DNA of 64,000 nucleotides from Marsupella aquatica (Eukaryota; Plantae; Marchantiophyta). A model generated the notes under the pieces. The model made no database searches, had not been told where the DNA came from, and saw only the letters and a program-made list of their open reading frames with translations. How positions within the stretch are numbered: position 1 is the stretch's first letter; every line of letters starts with the position of its first letter. Location of the stretch: NCBI GenBank assembly GCA_973895155.1, contig OZ316896.1, forward strand, positions 20,900,152 through 20,964,151. Reading direction: 5' to 3'. The position numbers and the translations under genes are program-made. Positions 13,676-28,900 of the stretch are shown in pieces.

Positions 13676-15454
13676 GTGGGCAAGTTATACTCATTCCCCA
13701 AAGTTAGCTCAATGAACAATCTGAGTTGGGTTAAGTTTTATGAAATGAAAGAAGTATCCTCGAACTAAACAACTCTATGGCAAGCAGAAACAATTGCCAA
13801 ACTCTTGAGAGTCTGCGTTATGTATTCCCATCATTCTGTAAGCGACCTGAGAAGTGACCTTGTTGTGACAGTTTCTATGAGGGTTTTATTTATGTCTTGT
13901 GGGTTAGCAATCACCAAAACCTGGAAAGGCCCAAGTTTGGAAGGTATTAGTCTCCACCCGACTGCCAGCCCGACTCTGCACCCCTAATACTTCCTGTACT
14001 TTGGAGTCAATTGTATTTATAATGACAAATTGAATACTAAATTTTGATAGCATACCTCTTTGCAAATGAAACATAATCTTTATTCTTTCTTGATTCAGAT
14101 AGGGTATGTTTGTCCGCATGCAGCAAACACAATATTTGTTTTTACTTGTTCTAGGAGGGAGACAGTGTCGGAGTCTTCTCTTTTATCATATGTGCTAAGT
14201 CAAGAATTTAACTAAGTTCTTTTATTATTCTTTTCTCTTTTGTCATGTAATGCAGTCATTGCGCTTTCATTCCTTTACTATTCACTTTTTAAAGATTCTT
14301 TCCTCCTTTTCAACTTAAAAAATAGTTTAGTCATTGCCCTCTTATCTGCTTACTGTTCATTCTTTTATAAAATCACATTTTTCTACTTTTCAAGTAAAAA
14401 CGTCATGTTTGCGTCTTTTCACTCTAACTCTATTTATTTTTTGCTTTCTTTGGCACATGACACTATTGTATGTAGTGAGGTACCCCCTCTTGGCCCTCCC
14501 TTGCCTTTGCCCATTGAACCACTATGTTCACGGTTAACTAAGAGTTTTTCAGGTAATGAAAAGATATGTTACTCCTGACTCATTGGAGACTCATTCATGT
14601 GACTGTGGTAAGTAAGTCAAAAGGATTTGATGATAAGTAGCATAAGGACATTACAATTTAGTTCTATACCTAAAGAACTCAATTGTGCCATGGCTTAAGT
14701 TATTTAATCTCATGGTGTACATTAATTTGCGCCAAATATAATTAATATACCCTTTCCCCAAATGTGACCCATTGTTTATGACCAAATGTTGGGGATCAGT
14801 AAGTTGGACTACTATTTTGTGTAAGAGGATGCGCGGTTATATCAATGGGAACTTCCACGTAACAGTTGGCTCCATTATCTTCGATCAATGTCTAGTGCCG
14901 ACCATCTGAACAACTTGTGCGCGCCAACTCAAGACTTTGAGGGAGGTTGGCACTAACCAATGCCACACTTTACAATGTCATATTTTTCAGTAGTGACACT
15001 AACCAATATGGCCTTGAACCATGTAAACCAATAAGGCATCTCAAAGTTTCAAATAATGTGTCTCAAAGTTGCTTACATACAGACATCATAAGTTATGGAC
15101 AGGTGGGTGGACAGTTTATGGGCAGAACAAGTTATGAACTACCGAAGTCATAATTTATCACTTTTTGCCATAACAATTGGATATATGTCTTGATCATAAG
15201 TGAATGAAGAGGTTACTGAAAAATAAAAAATAAACCTTTTGAATAATTAAGTTTGTGCAAAAGCTATGGCCAGCCATCCTCCGCTTTTCCTTATGGCCAA
15301 GCCAAATTTGATGGCAAGGGTTCCCTCCATTTCCTCTAACTTGAATTAATGTCCCATTTTTCAGTGCATGTCTCCCGCTCATGTTTTGGGTGAAAAGTTC
15401 ACATTGAGTGGATTTCTTGTGCGCACTGCTGTGTGAGTGCCTGCAAGGTAGGGC

Positions 15455-16082
15455 GTGCTAGGTCAAGTAGCAAGTATAGTGGGAGTTCAAAATCTGGAAT
15501 TCGATCTTATGAGTAAGGTGAGTTGCGGGAAAGTTTGGAGCGTGAGCTACATCAAGTTAGTTTGCTAGGTCAAGTAACAAGTATAGTGGGAGCTCAAAAT
15601 CTGAAGGTCAATCTTGTGAGTTGCGGGAAAGTTTGGAGCGAGAGCTACATCAAGTTGTGCTTTGGTGCAAGTGCTGAGACCCTGAACTCTGAGTTGGAGC
15701 TGAAGAATGATTTGGACCTCAACCATGAGCTGAAGTTGAGCTAAGTTTTGGCAAGATGGAGCTGGAATACAGGACTGTGAGTCGTTGCTGAGTGAGTGCT
15801 AGGACTGTGAGTAATCGCCGAGTGAGTGCTGCGCTGAGGTGACTTGATGTGAAAGTGATGGAGACTAGGTGAGCTAGCCTGTATGTGGAATGTATGTCGT
15901 CACTTTGCATCTATGTGTATAATTTTGATATCGACCAAAGTGAAGCAGAGCCTTGTTGCAGGGGTTTGCTGGCAGTTCCCATCACCTGCACTGTTTTTCA
16001 TTCGTTTCTTCCAAGCAGAGCCTTGCCGCAGGGGTTTGCTAGCAGTTCCCATCACTTGCGCTGTTCTTTATTCGTTTCTTCC
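15455..16082. repeat. Two local tandem duplications (~105 bp at 15455-15660; ~69 bp at 15943-16082)
   Basis: TGCTAGGTCAAGTARCAAGTATAGTGGGAG...GAGCTACATCAAGTT occurs twice. AAGCAGAGCCTTG...TTCGTTTCTTCC occurs twice. Confidence 0.8.
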
Positions 16083-18028
16083 TGGCTCCCGGTTGTAATG
16101 GAGGATTGATGTTCCTTCAATCTCCTTCTCTGACTTGTCTTCCGATCTCAGTGTTTACTCAACAAGAAGTCTTGCTCATGGTCTTGTTTCAAAAGCATTT
16201 GAAAATCCTTTCCAACGATGCCTTAATCGCCTGTTTTCATCCAGTATTATTGAAAATCGTGTCACATTGACCCAGTCAACATTTATGCATTTTTCTGTGT
16301 CTAGCTATGTTATTTTTGCATTTTTTCGCCTACTTACTGCATCTTCCTCTTTCTCTCAAAACCTGAGTGTCTAGGTTTGTTGGATGCGGCTTGACTTCTT
16401 CTTTCCAACGGTATAAAGAATGACACATTTGGTTTCCAGATCTTCCTACTCCGTAACATTTACGTGCTTTCATTGGAGCTCTGCATGACAGCTACATTTT
16501 TTCTATTCTCCTAACACTATGCCTGCTTCCGTTGGACAGGAGCGCTGCATGTAGGCGATGTATTTTATTGTTGCGCCTCTCCCAGAGAGCTAGTTTCTCC
16601 CAACAGGTATAGATCTCGGTTTTATTCTGAAGGTTATGTGATGGTTGGAAGCCAGGTACAGTAGTTCCCTATCTATTTTTAACGTTCTTAGCAATCTGAT
16701 TGGAACAAGGATAAGACGAATTGACCATACAGTGTTATTCAAACTTAGAAAGTTTGACAAAGCTTGCAATAGATTAGAATTTAATTCTCAATGTCGATGT
16801 CAGCCTGACAAAAACTAGAATCTAGATCCATGCGTGAGATTATCTAACAAATGCCAAATTTTAAAACAATTCTGTAATCAGAAGGATAGCTACACAGCAT
16901 AAAATTAAAATAGTAGTACATTTGTCTTGTGTGTAGATGGACACATCTTCTTTATTCTTCTGATGTCACTTGTACTTCCATTGGACAGGAGCGCTACATG
17001 TCAAATATGTAATTTAGTGCTGAGATCCTCCCAGGGATGCTATTCAGAGTTAAACTACTACTTCACCAACAACGTACTTCACCAACAACAGAAGGTAGAT
17101 CTGGTTTTCATTACCAAGGTTATGTGATTGTTAGGAAGGTACTTCCCTGTCTATTTTAATATTCTTACCACTTTGATTGGAAGAGGAATATTGCTCTCCT
17201 AGTTTTACGTCAGACAACACAAATTATGAAACTATAATGTACTCTACATATTGATTCATCACTTTGCTTCCGACATGTGTTCTAACCAAGAGCAATGGCA
17301 TTGATAAATTGTCTTGTAGACGTACATGAATATAATTTGTAAAGTTTTTTATGTGCATCTCATCGTTTTCTGCTGCATGCAATTAAATACTGTGGTGGGT
17401 TTGCCAAAGTTTAAGTTCATTGTTTTAGCTTGTTGAAAATTATATTCACTGTTTATCTTCTTTAGTGGTGGCCTTGTGATACTAAAGTTTGTTGCCTGGA
17501 CATGTAGGTCCAAGACAACTTTGACTTCAACACAATAGAGTGAGCAACAGGCGTAGCCGTTGACAGTAAAAGCACAGGTCAGATTTGGGTATGCACTAAA
17601 CTATTATTGGGCAACTGCATATAATTAGCCTCTACGTGCCAGAAGTCAGCCCTGTCAATAATGCTAAAGAGTCCGTAGATCGAGTCACTCAAGGAGAGGT
17701 ATCTTTGTTGGGACTGTGTATGGATCGAGTATCAATTGCAAGCATTCTTAGCACAAGGCTTGGTTTCTGTGCAAAGACAACTCAGACTAGTATATGGACG
17801 TACGTAGAGTTTAAGAAATTAATCTAAAAATTTGCTGCTAATTCATAACTAATCAATCGATCATGGCAAGAAGCTGAATATTTAGTCTGATATATCGAGG
17901 GCTTAGTTTGAGGTAAATTAAAAATGACTAGATCAAATATTTTGGGCCAGATTCTGGGCCTTCTAAGATCTAGGAATTGATCTCAGTCAGTAAGGGTCGA
18001 TAATGTATATATTGGCATATATGTGATT

Positions 18029-18126
18029 GAGTAGAGTAGAGTAGAGTAGAGTAGAGTAGAGTAGAGTAGAGTAGAGTAGAGTAGAGTAGAGTAGAGTAGA
18101 GTAGAGTAGAGTAGAGTAGAGTAGAG
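18029..18126. repeat. (GAGTA)n microsatellite, ~19 units
   Basis: Read directly from the sequence. Confidence 0.98.
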
Positions 18127-19589
18127 AGGTCGGGGGACGACTACCTGTGTCACAACATGAACTCATTTGTCCAACTTGCACGTCTTGGTCTAATTTAACA
18201 TTCACACTCTCACAGTCTGCAGTCTACCCGGCTGTCTACTCAGTTCAGTGTACAAGAATCAAGTGCCTTAGTTTCATTATGATGCTACATGTCGATAATA
18301 TGCTTGTCAGAGTGTATGCTTGGCTGTGCAAACAGACCCATTCAAACAATTAATGCAGCAAACTGTTGTTGCTTACTGTTGGCAGCCATGTGGAAGATAG
18401 TAGCTTAGAGCAACACTCAACAATAGAGTTTCCAAGCACGTGGTAGGAAGACTAAATTTTGGTTCTACAAATCTCACATGCTTTTGATCAGATTGTCTTT
18501 TTTTCCCTTCAGAAGTGGTTGTTCTTTAAATTAGTGTTCCTTTGTCACCTCCGCCCTTGCTATTTGGGTGGATTGACTCATTTGTTGATCATGCCTCTCA
18601 GTATTGAGTCGTGTTCTTGTAACTCTTTGTGATTGGTAAGAGTTTTAATGCTCAACTTTTGGTTTTGTTCCTTTGTGTGGTGCAGTATGCTGCGTAAAGG
18701 CGTGGAAGGCCAGGACTATTCTCACATGCTGTGTGAAGGCCAGGACTATTCTCAGTGGTAAGTGCTGCTACATGATTATACTGTTGGACATCCTTAAGTC
18801 TCTATCGTTGTTTTGGAGCCTTTGTTAATTGGAAACTTCTTGTTATGGCATATCTGTTTGAATATATACCCTTTGATATTGGCTTTGTGAGCACATGATG
18901 AAGTGTGATCTTGGATGTGTTTGGCAGTCTAGGAAGGTGGATCGAGCTACCCCTTCTCATCTCAATAACTGGCCTAAACGTGGCATATATCCCTTTTTCT
19001 AATCCCCATCAGCGCGGAGTTGTTGAGGCTTGAGCTGGTCTGAGCAGGGTTGCTGAGCTAACTTGAAGTGCACTTGATCATAGGTAACCTGCCCTCAATC
19101 TCTGTAGTCCAGAGTGTGCTGAAGATTGCCATAGCAAGATTTGTCCTATTGTGCTTGACTATTCCTAAAGGTCATTTTATGTTCATTAACAATAACCAAA
19201 GTCTAAACTTGGAGGTCACAACTAAAATTTTATGGAGGATTGTAATATCCCCTTCTTCCCACAATCCTAACTCAATCCATGAATCCTTCAAGTAAGCTGT
19301 TACGGACTGTACACCTTATCAAAGAAATCATCCCTGAGGCCAGCAGCTAAGTCGTTACGGCCAATGCATTTCCTGAATCCGTTCCATGTTGTGGAGTCCC
19401 AATAAAATCACTCCACTCCTAAGTCAGCTATCATTCCAGCAATCCCACTTTATGAAATGGATTGCATTTTATCCCTACCAGCTCAAACCATGATGTGCAA
19501 TTCAACTGTCTCTCACATCGTGTCCCCTTGGCCTCTCTGTGGTCAACTGAGCTAGCCTTCCTTTGAGGCAATACATTTATCAATTGCTG

Positions 19590-20485
19590 CATGAACCATG
19601 GCTTGTGTTGCAAAGCAAGTGACCTCGATTATCCTCCCAGTCGGCCCTGTCTCTGAAATAGATTTCCATGATTTCATATAGCACAAACCATGGTTTGCAC
19701 ATCTTTATGTTAAGTCTAATTCCACCACTCTGACCTCAACTCACCTTCCTTTGAGGCATTACATTTTCCAAACCTGGTGCCTTGTACCTATCGTGGCACA
19801 AACCATGGTTCGTGCTGTGAAGGGGTAATATGTGACTCCCACTATCACAACTCACATCTGGACTTGGCTGTCCTTCCAGCCAACAATTTTCTAGCAAATG
19901 GATTTACATTTGTACTTGCAGCACAAACAAGGATTTGCACATCATGCATGTCCACCCAGTCCAATTTCTAATCTTAATGAAGCTCAATTTTGCTTTCAAG
20001 GGCATGAACCATGGTTTGCTCTGAAGTTTATCTTCATAGTCAATTTTTCTAGACCTTGTTGCACAAAGGGACCTATTGATATCCGAGCCTTATTACTTCA
20101 TGTTCATTTTGATTGTTAGTGTTGCCATTCATTTAACGTGAAAGTCATATCATTTGCAGTGCAAACCATGGTTTGCACTTCTGAGAATAAGTATCACAAG
20201 CCCTCATTGCACGAATCTTGGTTTGCAGTGTCCCCATTGATTTGTCCTGAAGTTCATTCCCTGTAACCATTTGCAGAGCAAACCATGGTTTGCAGTACAA
20301 AGAATAAATACCAGTCACAGCTAGCTATCTTGCACGAACCTTGGTTTGCACTGTCCCAGTAGTCTTTGATTCAATTCATTTAGATTCAAAGCTAAATATT
20401 ATTCCATGAACCTTTGTTTGCACTATCCCTAGTCATCTTTGATTTCATCTAGATTTAGAGCTTGCAGCATGAACCATGGTTTGAT
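19590..20485. promoter_or_regulatory. Cluster of palindromic (GCA)RAACCATGGTTY(GCA) motifs upstream of the accessory gene
   Basis: Perfect cores at 19686, 19801, 20007, 20164, 20281 and 20472, with variants near 19594, 19925, 20215, 20337 and 20408. 20158-20179 AGTGCAAACCATGGTTTGCACT is a perfect 22-bp palindrome. The regulatory role is inferred. Confidence 0.6.
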
Positions 20486-20799
20486 GATCTACATTTTGCC
20501 AGAATCCAAACTACTCTATGCTGTCCCTGGGAGAAAATTAAGTCAAACATTTCAAAATATCTGGTTTCTTTGAACATTCAACATGTTCTTTAAAGAATAT
20601 CCTTGACACATCTTGCCGACAGTATTCTTATGATCAAATTTGTTTTTGTTGATAAGCAGAGCGAGAACGCACATAGTCATGGCATCCGAAGGAGAAACTA
20701 GCAAGAAGAAGCGGAAGTCTTTGGAAAAAACTGATGGAAGCCCAAAAAAAAGGAAAGCCAAAGTTAGAAAGGGTGTCACAGGAGTGAATTCCATCACTA

Positions 20800-23700
20800 C
20801 ACTAGTAGAAAATGGACCCATTTTAGACCAAATTAAACGACTGTGCACCACCGTTTAGGACTTACAAACAACTGGGCAGGACTCAAGTCGTTTATAGGAC
20901 TCCGAGTTGTATGTTTTGTTACTAAAATAGACTTAGTCATTTTTAAAACTGAGCGCTTAGTTGTATAAGAGACTTGATTTTCCAGTCGTTTACAGTCTTT
21001 CATATGGGCTAGATGGGTGAGTCATTTTCAACGACTAAAACAATGTTTGTAGGGTAGTCATTTTAAGTACTGTTTGGGTTGACAAAATGACTAAGAGAAA
21101 TATCAAGGTCTGGTTTGTGTAAGTCATTCATTCTACCTAGGAATGACTTGATAAGTATGCACCAATAACATTCATACACAAAACATTGGATTTCATACAC
21201 ATTCATTCATACATAGGTTGATCTCTATTTCGCATTCAACTTGAACTCTATTGCACAAAGTGTACCTCCATACAATGTACACACATTCTGCATCAAACAA
21301 AACAAATTCAAACACCAAACACCATATATACAAAGGGATCCACAATTTCCACACTTGCTGCATAGATGCATACACAGATCACAAATGGCAGGAACACATA
21401 AATGACAAAGGATAATTCATCCTACTTACCAAGTTCAAAATTGGTACATGATGTCTGTCTTGGATCTTCCTCCAAGTCAATGCTGCAATCTAACATAATT
21501 ACTATCTAATGATTCTATTTACTAACATTTCCATTCACTATGAAAAACAAACCTACTCTGATGGTTAGAGCTCAAGAGTTTCCATTGCATCTGCAATTAC
21601 ATCCTGAGGTGGATTATAGTCATCATCATACTACCTATCACCAGGCGTCCCTTGTCAATTACTCTGGCTCCTTTTAGGGTATCCATTTTATGTGATTTTT
21701 CTTCAGCTACTTACCAACCTGGCACTTGATGTGGGCCCTGTGCATCTTGTATAGATTCATTCTTCTGTGAGCCCCTTGTATCCATGTCTTCATCCACATC
21801 TAATCCGTCCTCTTCACCCCACTGTCCAAGCCCCATGTCTGACTCCATGTCATCACCCTTTTCCCCCATAGCTTTTGCACAACATCCACAACCAAGCAGG
21901 GATAATGAAACATAACCCAATTTCAGGGATGCAATTGGCCTACAAACAATTCATGTATGCTCAACTTTCCATGGCTTCCCTTCTGCGTGTCACTTTATTC
22001 CATCCTACTGGACGAAAAATACATGTTGACCATCTATGGTCACCCTGTAAGACAATGCAACCAAGTTGACCATCCATCCATCCATCCATATATATCTCTT
22101 GCTTGACAATTACTTTATCACACAAATTTCCCCTAACTAATGTCCATGCAAACAATTTAGGTTATTCAGATCGCAAGCACGCTGTCACTAGAAGAAAACT
22201 ACCTTCTAGTCGAGACCTTAAAAATGTATTACAAACATGTCAATTTGAAGGATGCTCTCTGTCTTTAACACAAGTACAGGGAAATCACTTTCAACATTTT
22301 ATGTCAATTTAAACTATACAAATAAAAAAGCTACAAAAGGTTCAGACTGTTGCATACAAACAAGAGAAACTTTGACTCCACTGCCAAATTCATACCTTCG
22401 TACGTCTACCATTAATAGAGACCACAAGGACTTTGGAAGTGGGTGCATCAAAAAAGTAAGCACAATGAATGTATCTGACCGCATACAAAGGCATAAAACA
22501 GGTAATTAATGGGAGCTATAGGCTGCAAGAAGATAATGAACTCTGCATTTAAAAAAGAAAAAGAGATGTAGCCTGGCCCTAATAGGACCCACCAAATCAG
22601 AGAATTAAAGGAGCATGGACCACAAAAAAACACTAGCCTAGTAAACTGCAAAAACTAGCTACAAGAGTTACCTAGCTCAGCACAATGTTGTACAGAAAGA
22701 GAACTTACCCCACTATTGTGGCATGGTTTGTACCATATTACAAATTACTCCAAAATTGGTTTAGTTTTCCTCCTTTTACATTTCCAGCCAGACTTCACCT
22801 CGTTCTAAAAATTGTTTTCAGTCTATGTTCAAAAATGCTGTCAAACCTCCTGACGCTGATAGTGTGGATCATGGAATTATTTAGATGGCCCCACCATAAC
22901 AGCAAGAAGGACAGTAGGAGATTTAGTCTCAAAAATAGATCGAGAAGAACTAAGCAAAGTTCAGACTACAGATGGACAAGCAGATGGATCACTGAACGCA
23001 AAATCTGAAGAGAAGTATTATTCTATAAACAGAAAATTAAAAGTAAATACAAACTCATGTCCTATGAGGTGAGAAGGCTATATACAATGAACACAAAGTC
23101 CTAATGAATACATAATAGTAAAATGAAAAGTAAACGATGTTTTGGCTTATTTCTAGATCTGTCTGATATACAAGAGACCTTTTCAGCCATGGGTAAGGAC
23201 AGTTCTTTACTATATTTTTCACCTTGTCTGATATCTAGAAACAATGTCACTGCTTCATCACCCTTTGACAAAGTCCAGGGAGCTACGTACAGTGGTGCAG
23301 GTGGCATCATTGTAAGCAAAGTTTTTTCAAACTAAGAGCTCAATAGATGGTGGCGGCTGAGAGAGAAAGTCTACAGAAAGGGACATTCTTCTCAATGTCC
23401 CAATAGGCCCCATGGGCTCAAAGAATCAAAGCGGAGTGGACAAAATACCCTACTTGCGCAATGAGATACAAAACGTAGCTACGACAACAACCACAAATAG
23501 CACAAAAGACATTCTACAGAAAGACAAGATTCGAACTAAAACTTGTGACAGGATCTGGACTATATAATCAGTGTACTACAGGCCAAATTAGGACAGGTCT
23601 TTATCAACTATTGAGCTGCATTCTTTCTGATTTCTTATTTTCAGCATATATGATTCTATACAACGCGTCCGCCCTTCCGACTGATTATTGTTAGGATCAA

Positions 23701-25906
23701 GGAATTATTCAGTTGGTCCCATCGTAAAGACAAGAAGGATACTAGGATTTGAGTCTCCACAACGGAGAAGAACTAAGCAACGTGCGGAGGACAAATGCGC
23801 TCAGTGTCAAAATTCACAAAGAATATTCTTTAGAAACAATAAATAATGCAGCGCACCTCGAAGCGCACTAGGACTGTGAACAAGGTCACCTGAACCCCTT
23901 GCTTCTAGACAAGAATAAAGTCCACATGAAAGTGCTCCTATTGCAGATTAGATACGTGGAGCTGCTATTCAATATGCTTCAAGAAAGGAATAACGTGCCA
24001 CTACAGCCGAAGGAGCTAATTTGAAACAAATTTGTTTTTCATCAACTTCAGTGAGAGGTTCATTTCTCATGATGCTTGAACTTGTTCAGACAAGCCGGTA
24101 GAAGAGAAATGTAGAGAATAGAAGAGACTGAACGGTATTGGTAGCCCAAATACCAAGGAGGAAGTGAACTTGCAAGTAGACGTCATAGTAGCACCTCGCT
24201 CAAACTCAGACAACTCCATGCAGCCAAAACCTTGCAGTAGCGCGATTGCAGCTCCTGCTAAGTCGATCAGTTGTACACAGACGTTGATTGCAGCTCTGTT
24301 TGCTCAGCACCTCACTCGATCAGCAGCTCAGCTCATTCAGGTTCATCCTCCGTTCAATCGATGAGGACCCCCGGTCACTATGGCCTTCCGATCGGTTCAC
24401 CAAGCATTGGAACTCACTTGACCCTAACGTACATTGAGTCGATCAGCACCACGGCTCACTCATCTTGCATCTTCAGTCTATACGTTAGGACAAATCCACC
24501 TTGATCCTCAATACATCATGAGGTTCAAGCTCCCTTCTAGCTATATGAGCAGGTCCTGGTCACGTGACCCCACTCAAAGTCGTAGCTCTTGAGCTCAGCT
24601 CACTTGGCCAGCTCAAATGAGGTCCCAATGGCACGCAGCTTCACAGCTTGATCAATGAGTATAAACTAAACTCAGCAGTTCAGTTCAGCTCGGTTAACAA
24701 ACTTTGGGCTCCCTCTCAGTTCATGAACAACATTAGCACAGCGCAGCCCACCGCTCACAACTAAAACTGCTGTCAGTGCAGCTCAGTCAAAGCAGCTCAG
24801 CCGCCTTAGCTTCACACTGTAGCAAAACATGACGATACCAATCGCAATCATCACAAAGCTTCAAAATGGCGAGAGTGTGTTGTTCGCTCCCCAAACAGAT
24901 CAGCATAGAAAGCCAAACGATACCGCAACACTATCAGTCTCATTGGATCGACTAGCCGCACACTCTCACTGGATTGATCAACATTAACAAACTCAATAGC
25001 AGAAACATATCCCTTGCTCTTCCTCGTGACTTACACACAAAAGTCACATAAGTGGCTTTCAAACTAGTCACTAATCGGTCTTCCCGTTTGCCAGACACTC
25101 TGGAACCCTAAAGTTGAGCCGGCCCTTGCAAGAGAACCATAAAACACAGCGTCCGAACTGTCAACTCCCAACACCTATGAAGTAAATGTGCTGGTTCGCG
25201 CTCGTTGCCTCGCGATTGTAAACCCTCTCCACAAAACCTCAACATTCGATGCCAAGTTCATGTTGTACTCGACGTTTTTCCGTAAAATAGATACAAAGGG
25301 AGGCGGCCCATGCTACACAACGTTCCCGCTACTGGAAGGAATGCCATACCATAAAGGGCATGCGTGGATGACATGTGGATGTTGGAAATGGGAACGTGAA
25401 GTCAACAGGAAATTACTAAGTGATATGCCTCTTAGGGGAGAGTGATAGGAAGAATGGGGGGACACTGTATCCCAAAATAGCTATTTTATGTCACCCCAAA
25501 AATTGTATGTTGCCCACCAACAGGAAGGAAAATCCATTGAGCATAATACTAGGACTTACTATTTGGCAAAGACCCATGCACTTTTAACATGGAGGACAAC
25601 TACTATGACACTCCGCCAAATCACTCTAAACACAATTTAAAGAAGCCAATTAATCAGTTGTGCAACCCCCCCATTATCATTATCAACAACCAACAATAAA
25701 ACCAATGACATGCAAGAGTGTTCACCATTCAAAAAGTACCAAGGTTACATGTCATAGTCTTTTCATAAATCATTAAACACTGAAAGTCTTTTCTAGTGTT
25801 CATGTGAACTGATACAATGGTTCCTAGTCGTTTAGAGTATGTAAAAAGGACTTAGTGGGCTTAGTCCTATAAGGTTCAGTCTAAATTACCCCGCTTTCTA
25901 CTAGTG
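20800..25906. mobile_element. Non-autonomous CACTA (En/Spm) element, 5107 bp
   Basis: Perfect 12-bp TIR CACTAGTAGAAA...TTTCTACTAGTG. 3-bp TSD CTA at 20797-20799 and 25907-25909. Subterminal GACTWA/AGTCGTTT repeats. No transposase ORF. Confidence 0.95.
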
Positions 25907-28900
25907 CTAATTTTTGTGGGAGGAAGATGACATTGAAATCCACCATCACCGATACTGTTGTCCGAGTTGAACAGAAAGATATGAAGCACTGGGGAGTGGT
26001 GCTTGATAAGAATGTTCTTCGGATGTGCGTCGCTTCTGAAGAGGGGACTTTGGTATTGTCAGACTCTCGAATTCTCAGTTGTGTTTATGAGAAAAATGTC
26101 AACCTGAAAGACTGTCAAGAGGCTTTGGTCCTTCTGGTCGAGGAGGATACCGTCGATGAATCACAAAACAATAGGATTTGCTATTGTTTCTCCAGAGAGG
26201 TATTTGGGATGTTTGACCAAACATACATTGAGGCAAATTGCAGATTATCTCCGGAGGCATTCTCAACCATTTTGGATCCCACATTCCCAAAGGTTTCTAC
26301 ACTCATAAATGGCCCAAGCATCGAGAGGTACATGTTATCCATCTTGGCATGGGCAAAATGCACCTTCCCGGAAACATTTCGTGTTGGAAAGAAGGAGGAA
26401 CTTGAGAAGCAATCCAAGTTTGAAACAGGAGAACTTCCAAAAGTGATCACTGGAGAAAACATTGGAGATCTTTGCAAGAGTTTCAATGGTGTTTATAAAA
26501 AAGCAAACATCTTTGATAGTAGAGTTTTCAATGTTGAAAATTCGAAATGCCACATTGCACCCAATGTTGTAAAATGTAGAGGACATGACCCTGATTACTC
26601 AAGGGACCTTGCCAACTTGATGAAATTTCAGTCGTTGGTAAATTTTGAGAAGCGGGTTTGTTTCCTCATCCCAGTGCTTTGGGATGAGAGCAGGAGCACT
26701 GAAGTTGGCTATTGTGGGACTCCATTGTCACACCCACCGATCCTTGATCAAATTGACAATTATCATTTTTGGATAATTGGAGGCCAGCACACAGTAATAG
26801 CTTACCGATTACTTTTGAATGATGAATCAGTGGATGCTGCTATTCATCAAAAATGCCTTACAATTGATGCCGTGATGTTTTGGGCACCATATGATTTGGC
26901 TGGGAACCTGGTAATGATGGGATTATCAAAGACATTGAATCATGTCCATCACACAGCGATGGATGAATCCCAATTTTTCTTGATTGCAAGACAGGTCAGA
27001 GATATTTGGAAAAGTTATGGATGTCCTCCTTCATAGACAAACAACACCAAAGATTCAAAATGGAAGGTAAGAGTCATATATTTCATAAGTTTATTTTTAT
27101 TCTTGTTTAACTTCTGCTAGTGCATCTGAATGCAATAGAATGTGAAAAGTATAACAGTGTGAACCATGGTTCGTATCCACCTAATGATTTTAGTTGTGTG
27201 TGAACAACACTTCTCAAAAGCAGCAATGATCGTCATCCCTTGGGCTAAAGAGGAGAATGGAAAATTTAATTTGGGTGAACTTGGACCTTTCATCTTAAAT
27301 ATGATAGATTCCACCTTCAACTTGTGGATGAAAGTTTACGAGATGTCAAAAGAAGGAAAATTGGTTGCTTTCAATGGGTTCTTACAGAGAGATGTTATTA
27401 AGAAAGATTTTGCTCGAGGAGCTTGGGAGGTGGCACGAAGAACATTTCGGGATTTTCTTGGTGTTGAAGATGCAGTGTTGATGAAGATTGCAAGGTATCT
27501 TCTTACCAATAAGAAGATCTCACTAATGAAGCAACAAAGTAGCGGAATTGCAAAGAAGATAGATGCAGTTCCTATCGAAGAAGATTTCATTGCTCTTGAT
27601 GAGTATTGCGTTCAAAAGAAGCAGGATAAGGAGTTTGAGATACTACTTTTGAAATATCTTGCAAAAGATAATATGCCTAAGGGGAAACTACGAGCGTTGC
27701 CCATGGAGCAGAGAATCGAGAAGGTGAATGCAATGCGAGCTTTTTTTAAGCTTACTCCAGATAAAGTTGAAAAACTTCGAACTACGCTTGGACCTGCAGT
27801 AATCCCAAAATCATTAACGAAGAACACTGGAAATGACGAGTTGCAAAATCTTCTGCCTGGAGTTTTTAAGAGTTTGATATGGTCAATCAGGGCTTCAGTG
27901 GATGGAAAAGGTAATCCGGTGGTTGTGAAACTTGACTCAAAACTTAGGTTTTGTTCAAATGAGGGATTTGGAACTCCTGCATTTTTTCGTCCAATCATCT
28001 TGGAATTGAAAGAAATGGCAACATTCATATTCTTGGATGCTACCATGATACCTGGAATAAGTCCCATGACACGGAAGACATATGAAGCATGCTTTGATGC
28101 AGCTTCTATGATTGGGTCCAAACCATCTCATGTCGTGGTAGGTATCATCTGCGATCGACTCTTTCTTTGTGATGAGTGCCATTTCAGCACACCCACATTA
28201 TGTTGCATTCACAACACAATACTGGACACAATCTCGACCGTCATCATCTACATCGACAATTTATGATGTCAATTGTCTTTTTGTAACTTATGCATTCTTC
28301 AAAGTGTCATTCACTGAAGAATGTGAGGCAGATGAGATTTCTGGAAAATTTTTGTTAAGCTTTAAGAAAGCAGGATGTTTGGAGAATTATGAAGAGACAA
28401 CAGAAGATGTTGCAGAGCAAACTCAGCTTGGGGAGAAAAGCAAGAGTTTCTATGATAACTTGACTTCTCAACTTGTCTCATTTGACAAGTTTTCTGTCTG
28501 TTTTGGAGATGGCCGACATCTGATCCACTCCCTTTTGGTATGAGTTTTTAAACCCCAAACCTTACAGTTGAAAGTTCATTTAATTATTCAACTATATTGA
28601 AATCCCAAGTATTAAAACTCAGTCTCATGGTTTTGCAGAACTTGGGAGCTCGGGTACGTTCATATTGTGACGAGTCTAATCACGAAGGACTTACGCAGTT
28701 CTTTTCTTCCACAAACAAGTTTAATCATGATCAGCCTGAAGAAGCATCATGTGAACTTCGAAGTATTTTAGAGAAAAATATTGCCAGATTGATGAAGTAT
28801 AATTTGGCCAAGAAGAATATGAGAGAGGACATTATTGAGCTTTGCAAAGATACCTTAGACCTTGGTGAAAGTAGTATTGCTCGTGTGATCAAGGAATATG

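Noticed and set aside
17987-18205. ORF with LYSTL repeats
   Set aside because: Translation of the (GAGTA)n microsatellite.
8162-19365. Inverted TTGGCCGTAA pair bracketing the motif-free central block
   Set aside because: Only a 10-bp match that does not extend, and no TSD.
19590-20485. CRISPR-like appearance of spaced palindromic repeats
   Set aside because: The conserved core is only 10-22 bp, spacing is irregular (~50-160 bp), there are no cas genes, the context is eukaryotic, and the same motif is scattered singly in introns.
21400-24800. Possible coding remnants inside the CACTA element
   Set aside because: Only short acidic or low-complexity ORFs, with no TnpD/TnpA motif recognised.
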